Assembly (NCBI GenBank): GCA_019636275.1
Contig: JAHBXY010000010.1
Coordinates: 7,785 to 71,784, forward strand
Origin: Planctomycetota bacterium
GTDB lineage: Bacteria > Planctomycetota > J058
Length of the DNA stretch: 64,000 nucleotides
Direction: 5' to 3'
Shown: one piece after another, positions 8,760 through 17,927 of the stretch
Layout: every line of letters starts with the position of its first letter
Position numbering within the stretch: the first letter of the stretch is position 1
Notes under the pieces: model-generated
What the model saw: only the letters and a program-made list of their open reading frames with translations
What the model was told of the DNA's origin: nothing
The model's database searches: none
Program-made: the position numbers and the translations under genes

Positions 8760-10712
8760 TCCTGGCCCTCCGGGGTGATCACCACCAGCGCCTGGCCCGC
8801 CTCGACCTGCGCGCCGGCGGCGACGCGGACCTCGACGACGACGCCCGCGACGTCGCAGACCACCTGCGTCTCGATCTTCATCGACTCGACCCGCGCCGCG
8901 ACCTGGCCGCGCGCCACCTGCGCCCCGGGCGCAACCTCGACGGCGACCACCCGCCCGCTCATGGGCGCTCGCACCGTGCCGTCGCCGGCGCGCGCGGCGT
9001 CGCGGGCGACGCCGACCGGCCGGGGCGCCACGATCACGCGCGCCCCACCCGCCTCGACCAGCAGGCGCTCGCCGTCGCGCGCGGCGTGCAGCGTCTCCTG
9101 CGCGCCGTCGACCTCGACGCGCACGCGCGCGCCCTCGCGCCAGGCGACGCGCACCTCGGCCGCCGCGCCGCCGTCGAGGCGCACCCGGCAGGCGCCCGCC
9201 CGTGACCGCCACCTCGGCCGCGACGGCCGCTCGTCGACGAGCAGCGCCAGCGGGTGCTCGCGCGGCCCGGCCGTGCCCAGCGCCGTCGCGCCTGGGCGCG
9301 GCTGGCAGCGCCCACAGCGCGACCGCGGCGACCACGACGCGCGGCCCCGGGGCCGGCCGCTCGAGCGGCTCGAGCCCGGCGAGGAAGCCGGTCGTCACCC
9401 CGCCCTCGACGAACGTGGGGTGCGCGAGCAGGTCGAGGAGGAAGCGCCGGTTCGTGCGCGGCCCGAGGAGGACCGTGTCGCCGAGCGCCCGGCGCAGCCG
9501 CCGGCGCGCCTCCTCGCGGTCGCGCCCGTGCGCGACGACCTTGGCCACCATGGGGTCGTAGTAGGGCGTCACCTCCAGGCCGGCCGCCAGGGCGTGGTCG
9601 CAGCGCAGGCCCTCGCCCGCCGCCGGCTCGAAGGCGAGCACGCGCCCCGTCTGGGGCGCGTGCCCGGCCCAGGGGTCCTCGGCGTAGAGGCGCGCCTCGA
9701 TCGCGTGGCCGACGAGCGGCACGTCCTCCTGCCGCAGGGCCAGCGGGCGCCCGGCCGCGACCTCGAGCTGCAGGGCCACGAGGTCGAGGCCCGTGACCAG
9801 CTCGGTCACCGGGTGCTCGACCTGGATCCGCGTGTTCATCTCGAGGAAGTAGAAGCGGCCGTCGCCGTCGAGCAGGAACTCGACCGTGCCGGCCCCCTGG
9901 TAGCCCACGGCGCTCGCGGCGGCCACGGCCGCCTCGCCCATGCGCGCGCGCAGGGCGGCGTCGACGGCGGGCGACGGGCACTCCTCGAGCACCTTCTGGT
10001 AGCGGCGCTGCGTCGAGCAGTCGCGCTCGAACAGGTGCAGGACCCGCCCGTGCGCGTCGGCGAGCACCTGCACCTCGACGTGCCGCGCGCCCTCGACCAG
10101 CCGCTCGAGGAGCAGCCGCCCGTCGCCGAACGCCGCCGCCGCCTCGTCGCGCGCAGAGGCCAGCGCGCGCCCGAGGTCGGCCTCGCGCTCGACGCGCCGC
10201 ATGCCGCGCCCGCCGCCGCCGGCCGCCGCCTTGATCAGGAGCGGATAGCCCACCCGCGCGGCCGCCGCGCGCAGGGCGGCCTCGTCCTGCGCGTCGCCCT
10301 CGTGGCCGGGGACCACGGGCACGCCCGCCTCGCGCATGCGGGCCTTCGCGCGGGCCTTGTCGCCCATGACCTCGATGGCCTCGACCGGCGGGCCGACGAA
10401 CACGAGCCCCGCCCAGGCGCAGGCGGCGGCGAAGGCGGCGTTCTCGGAGAGGAAGCCGTAGCCCGGGTGGACGGCGTCGGCCCCGGTGCGCGCGGCGGCC
10501 TCGATGATCGCCTCGGCCTTGAGGTAGGAGTCGCGCGCCGGCGCGGGGCCGATGCGCACGGCCTCGTCGGCCAGCCGCACGTGCGGCGCGTCGGCGTCGG
10601 CGTCGCTGAACACGGCCACGGTCGGGTAGCCCAGCGCCCGCGCCGAGCGGAGCACGCGCGCGGCGATCTCGCCGCGGTTGGCCACGAGGAGCTTCGTGAA
10701 GGGCACGCTCAC
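8756..10712 (-). CDS. Acyl-CoA carboxylase biotin carboxylase/biotin carrier subunit (AtuF/MCC alpha-like); frameshifted near 9190-9290
   Basis: [34 protein letters not shown]; biotinylation motif ESMKIE lies in another frame (8756-9184). Confidence 0.9.
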
Positions 10713-12325
10713 CCCCTCGCCACGCCGAAGGTGCTCGGCCGCAGCCGCCGGCGCTCGGCCTCCCAGCAGGTGCGCAGGGCGAAGCCGAGCACGCGCCGGC
10801 TGTCGCGCGGGTCGATCACGCCGTCGTCCCACAGCCGCGCCGTGGCGAACGTCGCCGTCGACTCCTGGTCGAGCTGCTGGCGCAGCCCGGCGCTCATGGC
10901 CTCGAGCGCGGCCTCGTCGACCTCGCCGCCCGCGCGCGCGAGCTTCTGGCGGGTGATGATCTTCATGACGGTCGCCACCTGCTCGCCGCCCATGACCGCG
11001 ATGCGGCTGTTCGGCCAGGCGAACACGAAGCGCGGGCCGAACGAGCGCCCGCACATGCCGTAGTTGCCCGCCCCGTAGCTGCCGCCGATCACGAGCGTCA
11101 CCTGCGGCACGGTGGCGTTGGCCACGGCCTGGATCATCTTCGCCCCGTGCTTCACCGCGCCCGCCTGCTCGGCGGCCGTGCCGACCATGTAGCCGGTCGT
11201 GTTCTGCAGGTAGACGAGCGGCAGCCCCGCCTGGCAGCAGAGCTGGATGAACTGCGCCGCCTTGACCGAGCCCTGGGGGAAGATCGGCCCGTTGTTGCCG
11301 ACGACCCCGCAGGCGACGCCCTCGATGCGCGCGTGGCCGCACACGGTCTGCGGGCCGAAGCCGGGCTTGAACTCGAGCCACTCCGAGCCGTCGACGAGCC
11401 GCGCGATCACCTCGCGCACGTCGTAGGGGCGCCGCGGGTCGGGCGGCACGACGCCGCACAGCTCGTCGGGGTCGTAGCGCGGCGGCGCGCCCGGGCCGGG
11501 CGGCGCCGGGAGGTCGCGGTCCCAGTCGAGGGCATGGACGATGTCGCGCGCGAGCGCCACCGCGTGCGCGTCGTCGTCGGCCAGGTACTCGGCCGTGCCC
11601 GAGACCTGCGCGTGCATGTCGGCGCCGCCCAGCGCCTCCTCGTCGGCGTCCTCGCCGATCGCCGCCTTGACCAGCGGCGGGCCGGCGAGGAACACGCGCG
11701 CCCGCTCGCGCACCATGACCACGTAGTCGGCGAGCCCCGGGATGTAGGCGCCACCGGCCGTCGACGAGCCGTGGACGACCGTCACCTGCGGCAGGCCCAT
11801 GGCCGACATGCGCGCCATGTTGAAGAACACGCGCCCGCCGTCGACGAACAGCTCGGCCTGGTAGAGCAGGTTGGCGCCCGCGCTCTCGACGAGCGACACC
11901 GCCGGGAGGCGGTTCTCGATCGCGATCTCCTGCGCGCGCAGGCTCTTCTTCAGGCCCATGGGCGTGATCGCGCCGCCCTTGATCGCGCTGTTGTGGGCGG
12001 CGACCAGGCAGCGGACGCCGCGGACGAGGCCGACGCCGACGATGCTCCCGCCGCCCATGGCCTCGTCGCCGCCGTCGTCGTCGTGCATGCCGAGGCCGGC
12101 CAGCGTCGACAGCTCGAGGAACGGCGCCCCGGGGTCGAGGAGGCGGTGGAGCCGCTCGCGCGGCATGAGCTGCCCGCGCGCGGCGAACTTCGGCGCCGCG
12201 CGGCGCGAGCGCTCCTCGACGCGCTCCTCGATCGCCCGCACCTGCGCGACGAGCGCGAGCATCTCCTCGCGCTGGGCCCGGAAGGCGTCGCTCCGCGGGT
12301 CGACCCGCGACTCGATGACCGCCAC
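10709..12325 (-). CDS. Acyl-CoA carboxylase carboxyltransferase subunit (AtuC/geranyl-CoA carboxylase beta-like)
   Basis: [46 protein letters not shown]; 4-nt overlap with the downstream gene. Confidence 0.93.
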   Translation of the reverse strand: MAVIESRVDPRSDAFRAQREEMLALVAQVRAIEERVEERSRRAAPKFAARGQLMPRERLHRLLDPGAPFLELSTLAGLGMHDDDGGDEAMGGGSIVGVGLVRGVRCLVAAHNSAIKGGAITPMGLKKSLRAQEIAIENRLPAVSLVESAGANLLYQAELFVDGGRVFFNMARMSAMGLPQVTVVHGSSTAGGAYIPGLADYVVMVRERARVFLAGPPLVKAAIGEDADEEALGGADMHAQVSGTAEYLADDDAHAVALARDIVHALDWDRDLPAPPGPGAPPRYDPDELCGVVPPDPRRPYDVREVIARLVDGSEWLEFKPGFGPQTVCGHARIEGVACGVVGNNGPIFPQGSVKAAQFIQLCCQAGLPLVYLQNTTGYMVGTAAEQAGAVKHGAKMIQAVANATVPQVTLVIGGSYGAGNYGMCGRSFGPRFVFAWPNSRIAVMGGEQVATVMKIITRQKLARAGGEVDEAALEAMSAGLRQQLDQESTATFATARLWDDGVIDPRDSRRVLGFALRTCWEAERRRLRPSTFGVARG

Positions 12326-13008
12326 TACTCCCCCCCTCCCGCCTCGCGCCGCGCGCGGCGCCGCCCGAGCGGCCGCAGCGCCGCGACGCGCGCCTCGGGC
12401 GCGCCGAGCGCCCGGAGCATGAACCGGCCCGCGTGGGCCAGCGTCTCGCCGGCCGGCGCCGGCCGCCCGTACTCCAGCGCCTCGTAGACGAGGTCGTCGA
12501 GGAGCGCCAGCAGGAGGTGCGCGGCCATCGTCGGGTCGTCGGCGAAGAGGCTGCCGTCCGCCTCGCCGGCGGCGATCAGGCGGGCCAGCGGCGCGGCCAG
12601 GGCGGCCCGCCCCTCGAGGCGCACGCGCTCCGTCTCGAGCCCGCCCGCCGCCTGCCGGAAGACGCGCAGGAGGGCGTGGTGGCGGCGCACCTCGCGCCCG
12701 ATCCGCTCGAGGCCGCGCAGGAGGCGCTCGTCGGCCAGCCCCTCGCCGGCGGCCCCCGCCTCGAGCGCCGCCTGGTAGCTGGCGAGGACCTCGGCCCGCA
12801 GGTGCAGGAGCACGTGCTCCTTGCTGCGGAAGTAGAGGTAGAAGGTCCCCTGCGCCACGCCCGCCTCGCGCACGATCGCGGCCACGCTCGTGCCCTCGTA
12901 GCCGTCGGCGAGGAAGCGGCGGCGCGCCGCCTCGAGCAGGGCGCGCCGCCGGTCGTCGCGCCGCGCGCGCACCCCGGGCCGCCGCGTCACTGACTGACGG
13001 TCAGTCAT
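12325..13008 (-). CDS. TetR/AcrR family transcriptional regulator
   Basis: [32 protein letters not shown]. Confidence 0.93.
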   Translation of the reverse strand: MTDRQSVTRRPGVRARRDDRRRALLEAARRRFLADGYEGTSVAAIVREAGVAQGTFYLYFRSKEHVLLHLRAEVLASYQAALEAGAAGEGLADERLLRGLERIGREVRRHHALLRVFRQAAGGLETERVRLEGRAALAAPLARLIAAGEADGSLFADDPTMAAHLLLALLDDLVYEALEYGRPAPAGETLAHAGRFMLRALGAPEARVAALRPLGRRRARREAGGGE

Positions 13009-13137
13009 GGCGGGAGTCTCCCCGGCGGTCCGGACGTGGTCAAGACGACACCGCGGACCGCGGAGATGTTCTCGGTGAGATCCGTTTGGACGCGGCGCCG
13101 CGGTTCACTACACTCGGCGCGCGAGGGCAGGCTGACC

Positions 13138-13497
13138 TTGAACGCTCCCGTGCTGGTCGTCGACGACCACGAGGACTTCCGCTGCCTGCTGGCCGCCTGG
13201 ATCGGCGACGAGCTGCGCCTGCCGGTGCGCCTCGCCTGCGACGGGCTCGACGCGCAGCGGTTCTTCACCGACCCGGGGCAGCCCGCGCCGGCGGTCGTGC
13301 TCCTCGACCTCGAGATGCCCGGCCTCGACGGGCGCGGCCTGTTCGCCTGGCTGCGCCAGCACGCGCGGCCCATGCCCCGCGTGTTCCTCGTCTCGGCCTC
13401 GACGAGCCTCGCGCGCGTGGCGGCCGAGCTCGAGGTCGACGGCTACCTTCCCAAGCCCGTGACGCTCCCCGGGCTGCGCCGCGCGCTCGGCGTGTGA
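13138..13497 (+). CDS. Single-domain response regulator
   Basis: VLVVDD, VLLDLEMPGLDG, VSAS, LPKP conserved. Confidence 0.88.
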   Translation: MNAPVLVVDDHEDFRCLLAAWIGDELRLPVRLACDGLDAQRFFTDPGQPAPAVVLLDLEMPGLDGRGLFAWLRQHARPMPRVFLVSASTSLARVAAELEVDGYLPKPVTLPGLRRALGV

Positions 13498-13534
13498 GCG
13501 ACGGGCGCCCCCGCGCCGCGCGAGGGCGCCCGAG

Positions 13535-13558
13535 ATGGGCCCGCCGGGATTCGAACCC
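13535..13558. repeat. att-like direct repeat (duplicated tRNA 3' end)
   Basis: atgggcccgccgggattcgaaccc identical to 17839-17862. Confidence 0.92.
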
Positions 13559-13560
13559 CG

Positions 13561-13959
13561 CCGGGTGCGCAGGACTTCGACGTCACCTGGTGGGATGGGT
13601 TCCTCGCGGCCCGTCCCGCGCCAGCCCTCGGGCGCTTCCGGGCGATCCTGAGTGAGCTCCTGTGCGCCCTCTCGGCGCCGCCCTCAACCGACAAGGACCG
13701 GCGCGCGCGCGAGGTCGACGACCTCGATCGGTCTTACGACCCGACCGGCGGTCAGTGGCGCGTGGGACGGTTCGTCATGTTCGCGGCGATCCTGGCACGC
13801 CACGGTGTCCTGAGGCCAGGCGACCTCGACGCGGTGGCCGAGCACGCGGTCACGCTCGCAGGGGAGGCCTGGGCAACGGCGACCCCGGAGCATTGGGCTT
13901 CCGCCGTGGCAGCCGCGCGACGTCGCGTCGAGGACGAGTTCGTCGCGGACGGGAGGTGA
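13561..13959 (+). pseudogene. Probable 5'-truncated hypothetical gene at the islet edge
   Basis: Open frame QDFDVTWWDGFLAARP...EDEFVADGR extends to the att site with no upstream start codon. Confidence 0.4.
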
Positions 13960-14024
13960 ACTCGCTTTGTGGGGTTGCGCCACCTGAGAGCAAAAGGAAC
14001 CCTGGGCACCAACCGGAGGACCCC

Positions 14025-14486
14025 ATGCGCAACGTTGCCGTCGCCTCGCTCCTGGCCGCTCTCGCGCTTGCCCAGTCGGGCTGTTTCGCCCTCTACCGCG
14101 GGACGAAGCAGCACGTCCACGTCACTTCCGACCCGCCTGGGGCCGTCGTGAACTTCAACGGGGTGACCGCCACGACGCCTTGCATGCTTCCCGTGTGGCG
14201 TAGCAGCAAGCCGCGCATGCTGCGCGTCGAGGCCGGCGACCGAGAGTCGCTGCAGGTCGAGGTCACGTCGACGCCGTTCGAGAGCCGAGACTCGTTCGGC
14301 GCCTACATGCTCCTGGTCGTCGACGTGTTCTTCGTGATCCCCGCGCTCATTGACCTGGCGTTCCCCGACGCGTTCTACGACTGGCCGAAGGAGATGCATG
14401 TCACGCTCGCGCCTGCGGGCCGCGTGGGGACTACGGCGTGGTTCGTGCGAGATCGCGCGAGGGAGCCTGGGATCTATCGAGACTGA
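14025..14486 (+). CDS. PEGA-like domain lipoprotein
   Basis: GGAGG SD, lipobox AQSGC, VHVTSDPPGAVVNFNG...TTPC, hydrophobic C-terminal segment. Confidence 0.75.
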   Translation: MRNVAVASLLAALALAQSGCFALYRGTKQHVHVTSDPPGAVVNFNGVTATTPCMLPVWRSSKPRMLRVEAGDRESLQVEVTSTPFESRDSFGAYMLLVVDVFFVIPALIDLAFPDAFYDWPKEMHVTLAPAGRVGTTAWFVRDRAREPGIYRD

Positions 14487-14679
14487 GGCTGCGGCCGCGG
14501 CGCCTTCCGACCTCCGCCGGCGCCGCCCGTCCGCCACCCCGGCAGCGCGCCGCCGACGGCCTCGAGATCTTCGACGGCAAGCCAGCGCCAGCGCGGGACG
14601 CGATCTCGCCCACTCGCGGCCGAAGCCGAGCGGGAAGAGGTTGACGAGACGCTTGGCCGATGTCTGATTGAGACAGGGC

Positions 14680-14708
14680 TTGCGCATTGGGCTAAAGCCA
14701 CTTAGGCT
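14680..14708 (+). promoter_or_regulatory. Candidate sigma70 promoter of the antitoxin-Fic operon
   Basis: TTGCGC-N17-TAGGCT; small palindrome GGCT-AA-AGCC in the spacer; GGAGGT SD at 14741. Confidence 0.5.
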
Positions 14709-14757
14709 GTTTGTCCGACATTAGAGTTAGTTTCCGCTCGGGAGGTGGCGAGTAAGC

Positions 14758-15633
14758 GTGGCAAACGCTGACGTTGCGTCGATCCTGCTGGAGCCGGAGC
14801 ACTCCCTTGAGACCCTCGCCACTCGCGAGGCCAGTCTCAGGGTCGAGTACATCAGAGTCCAGATCCCTCGTCGAGCGACGCCCGCTCGTGGGATCTCCAA
14901 GGTGGTCTGGGCCCAGATCCTCAACGAGACAACTCGCGTAATCGAGCTGACTCTCGCGGTCGCCGGCTTTGCTGAGGCCGCCAAGGAACTCGGGCAGCGA
15001 GCCGCAGAGGGCGCCGCCTCGAACGTCGAGGCGGTCAGGCGCCTTGCGACCACCATCATTGGACAGGACCCGTTCGATATCTTGGCCAGGAACCCCGACT
15101 TTGTGAGGGCGGCCGCCGCTGCTTCTGCGTCGCAGCGCACGTCGATCACGGATTGGGAGTCTGCGTTCGATGCGCTGATTCATGCAGCGCGGGCGCTCGT
15201 GTCCGCAGTGCCCATCGAGACGTTGTTGTCCGTGGGGCACTTGGTGGGCGATCCTGAATTGGCTCATCGCTGCCGCATGGCGCATGGCGCACTGAAGGCA
15301 TTTCTTCGCCGATGCGATCCCTCAGTGAAGGCCTCTACGCGCGCGGCAGGGCGCGCGTACGCTCAGGGTAGGATCACCGCCACGGAAGTGGCCCTACTGC
15401 TTGACCTGACGCCATCAGATGCCGTTGCGCTACTTGAAGAGCAGGGCTTCCACCGTCCGATCGGTGTCATTGAACTGACGGACGCTGATCGAGCGGAGCG
15501 GCTAGCGAAGATCAGAGAGGATCGATTTGCGCGTCGCGGCGCTCCCGCTTCCTCCAGCGATCTAATCGATCGAGACGTTGTCGCGAGCCAGCGTATCGAG
15601 GGGGTCGACGCAAGGCAGTGGACCTTCCGCTGA
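14758..15633 (+). CDS. Putative multi-domain Fic antitoxin (helical N-terminal domain, HTH-like segment, C-terminal VbhA-like inhibitory motif)
   Basis: C-terminal VVASQRIEGVD fits (S/T)xxxE(G/N); overlaps the Fic start; AYAQGRITATEVALLLDL is HTH-like. Confidence 0.75.
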   Translation: MANADVASILLEPEHSLETLATREASLRVEYIRVQIPRRATPARGISKVVWAQILNETTRVIELTLAVAGFAEAAKELGQRAAEGAASNVEAVRRLATTIIGQDPFDILARNPDFVRAAAAASASQRTSITDWESAFDALIHAARALVSAVPIETLLSVGHLVGDPELAHRCRMAHGALKAFLRRCDPSVKASTRAAGRAYAQGRITATEVALLLDLTPSDAVALLEEQGFHRPIGVIELTDADRAERLAKIREDRFARRGAPASSSDLIDRDVVASQRIEGVDARQWTFR

Positions 15634-16241
15634 TCCTCGGACAACCCGCAGGGCCAGATCCGCTTCGGTGCTACACACCCGCGGAGGAACTGGCATTAAC
15701 AACCAACCTGCAGGCAATCGCCGGCGCCATTCACCGTGGCGAGTACGTCGGACTGCGGCATGACCTCGATCTTCTTTGCTCGATCCACGAGCGGCTGTTC
15801 GGAAGCGTCAGAGACCACGCTGGCCGAATCCGAAGGAGGGGGTACGGAAGCGAAAGGCTGACGTTCGGCCCGCACCGCTCGTTCCATCGGGACGAAGTCG
15901 AGGCGGGTCTCGACAGAGTCTTCACCTCGCTCGACCGGTCGATTCGTTCGCTCGATGCCAACCCGGACGCGCCCGAGTACGAGACAAGCGCCATCCACCT
16001 CGCGGCTTGGACCCACGCCGAAGTGATACGGGTGCACCCGTTCGAGGACGGCAACGGACGTTCCTCAAGAGCGCTCATGAACTCCATTCTTGTTCGCCAA
16101 GGCCTCCGGCCTGTTGCAGTCGAGGCTACGAAGGAGGAGTACATCGGCGTCCTGAATCACTTCATCAAGACGAGCGACATCCTTCCCCTTCGCGATCTGT
16201 ACATTCGCCTCATGGCCGAGCAGATTCCGAACGGCAACTGA
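15618..16241 (+). CDS. Fic family AMP-transferase (toxin)
   Basis: Canonical HPFEDGNGRSSR at 16035-16070; IHERLFG..HAGRIR; no internal inhibitory motif seen. Confidence 0.93.
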   Translation: MDLPLILGQPAGPDPLRCYTPAEELALTTNLQAIAGAIHRGEYVGLRHDLDLLCSIHERLFGSVRDHAGRIRRRGYGSERLTFGPHRSFHRDEVEAGLDRVFTSLDRSIRSLDANPDAPEYETSAIHLAAWTHAEVIRVHPFEDGNGRSSRALMNSILVRQGLRPVAVEATKEEYIGVLNHFIKTSDILPLRDLYIRLMAEQIPNGN

Positions 16242-16458
16242 GCCGCGCAACGCGTCCTTCAAGCGCGCGGCGACGGCCAGCGCCTTGAGCAGCGCGTAGG
16301 CGGAGCCTCGCGGCCAGGTCGAGGTCGCCCCCGGATGCGGGTGTAGACGGTAGGTCATGACGGCGCGGGCCGCCGCAAATCGTTGTGGTCGGTCTCTCCG
16401 CCGAGCAGACCGTGCCCGTCCTGACCGCGACATCAAGCCGGCGAACGTGCTCGGCGCG

Positions 16459-16716
16459 CTAGGCATCCGGCCGAGGCGCGCGCCCGTCCGGCTCCCCGAA
16501 GAACCAGCCCACGCTGCGCCCGGTCGCTGCGGCGAGCGCGGCGAGCACGTAGGGCTGGGCCGCCGTCCGCCCGCTCTCGACCTCGCGCACCCAGGGCTGG
16601 GTGCGCCCGAGCGCCCGGCCGAGCTCCTCCTGGGTGAGCCCGAGCTCGAGGCGCGCCGCCTTCACCCGATCGCCCAGCGTCCGGTGTAGGGCTGCCTGCT
16701 GCTCGGTGGAGAGCAC
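16459..16716 (-). CDS. XRE family HTH regulator
   Basis: LGDRVKAARLELGLTQEELGRALGRTQPWVREVESG; start uncertain (16716 or 16815). Confidence 0.85.
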   Translation of the reverse strand: MLSTEQQAALHRTLGDRVKAARLELGLTQEELGRALGRTQPWVREVESGRTAAQPYVLAALAAATGRSVGWFFGEPDGRAPRPDA

Positions 16717-16749
16717 GCACCGGGCGAGGACGCCCTCGGATCGACCTGG

Positions 16750-17126
16750 CTGTGTCGTCGACGGCGCGCGACCTTTCGCGGCCCTGCCCCGCGGGGGGCC
16801 GCTGGTGTTCGGCACCGACGCGAAAGCCGCGTCCCGCCGCTGGCTCCGCGCCCCTGCAGGTGCTCGACCGTCCCTGGACGTGGCGAACCTGCGGCAGACG
16901 ACCGCGAGCTACCTGGCGTGCGCGCCGTCGATCTTCGGCGCCGCGTCGATCGTCCGCTAGTCGCGGCAGTTGGGCCACGGGATCGAGATCGCGATGCGGC
17001 AACTACGTGGGCACGCTGCGCGCGATCCCGCGGGACGCGACGGTGCTGGAGGGACGCGATGGAGCGGCCGAGGCCTTCCGTGCGGTGGTCGCCCGGCAGG
17101 GCGCCCGGGAGACGGTGGCATGCTGA
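16750..17126 (+). pseudogene. C-terminal remnant of a tyrosine recombinase/integrase
   Basis: VANLRQTTASYLACAPSIFGAASIVR*SRQLGHGIEIAMR/NYVG: box II (LRxT.AS.L), LGH and catalytic Tyr; TAG at 16958 and a 1-nt frameshift at ~17000. Confidence 0.75.
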
Positions 17127-17680
17127 CCACGCTACCGCTCGCGGCCGCGCCGCCGCCCGCCTCGCCCGAGGACGAGGCGACGACTTTCCTGCGCGCGCTC
17201 CTGGTCGTGCTCCCGCGCCACGCCGACCCCGAGGAGACGCGCGCCCGCCGGGCCGAGCTCCGGCGCAACCGCGACCCCCTCCACCCCGACCGGCTCCCCG
17301 CCCGCCGCCAGGCCCGTCGGTTCGAGGTGCTCCTGCGCCGCGGCGTCGAGGCCGAGGCCGCCCGCGCCCGGCTGCGCGCCGAGGAGGAGGCCCGGGCCGA
17401 GGCCCGGCGCGCCTACCAGGAGCGCGTGCGCGCCCTGAGGGCCGAGGTCGAGGCGCTCGAGGACGAGCACCGCGACCTGGTGAGCTGGATCTACACCGGC
17501 GCCGCGGGGTCGAGGCGGCGCATGGTGAAGCTGCTCGCGTGGGCTTCGCTGGGGCTCCTCGAGCAGCGCCACGACGCGACCGAGTCCCTGCGCCTCGAGC
17601 ATCGGCGGGCCGTCGTCGAGGCGCTCGTCGCGCCGACGGTCGGGGCGGCGAGGTTCCCGCTCGTGAAAGCGACGCCGTGA
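17120..17680 (+). CDS. Hypothetical coiled-coil protein
   Basis: ATG overlaps the integrase-remnant stop (ATGCTGA); long EA/R-rich helix. Confidence 0.55.
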   Translation: MLTTLPLAAAPPPASPEDEATTFLRALLVVLPRHADPEETRARRAELRRNRDPLHPDRLPARRQARRFEVLLRRGVEAEAARARLRAEEEARAEARRAYQERVRALRAEVEALEDEHRDLVSWIYTGAAGSRRRMVKLLAWASLGLLEQRHDATESLRLEHRRAVVEALVAPTVGAARFPLVKATP

Positions 17681-17839
17681 CCCTCGCCCTGCTCGCCGCC
17701 GGGGGGCGCGCGCCCTCGGCGGCGACCTCGGCGCCTCGCCAAGAAGTGCTCCGCCGGCGGACGGTCGCCGCCCGCTCTCCCCGGCTCCTCAGGGGGGAGC
17801 CCAGGGGGGAGCGGGCGATTTGGACGGTTGCAACTCGAA

Positions 17840-17912
17840 TGGGCCCGCCGGGATTCGAACCCGGAACCAAGAGATTATGAGTCTCGCGCTCTGACCGTTG
17901 AGCTACGGGCCC
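17840..17912 (-). tRNA. tRNA with CAT anticodon, most likely tRNA-Ile2
   Basis: GGGCCCGTAGCTCAACGGTCAGAGCGCGAGACTCATAATCTCTTGGTTCCGGGTTCGAATCCCGGCGGGCCCA; G1:C72, A73, resembles ileX-type tRNAs. Confidence 0.93.
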
Positions 17913-17927
17913 GGCGCGCTGGCTCGA

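Larger units (their letters stand above)
13535..17862. mobile_element. tRNA-anchored genomic islet with decayed integrase
   Basis: 24-bp direct repeats at both ends (3' end of the tRNA), visibly lower GC at 14640-16250, Fic TA, XRE, integrase relic. Confidence 0.85.

Noticed and set aside
13535-13570. Second tRNA gene
   Set aside because: Only the T-arm and 3' acceptor strand are present; it is an att duplication.
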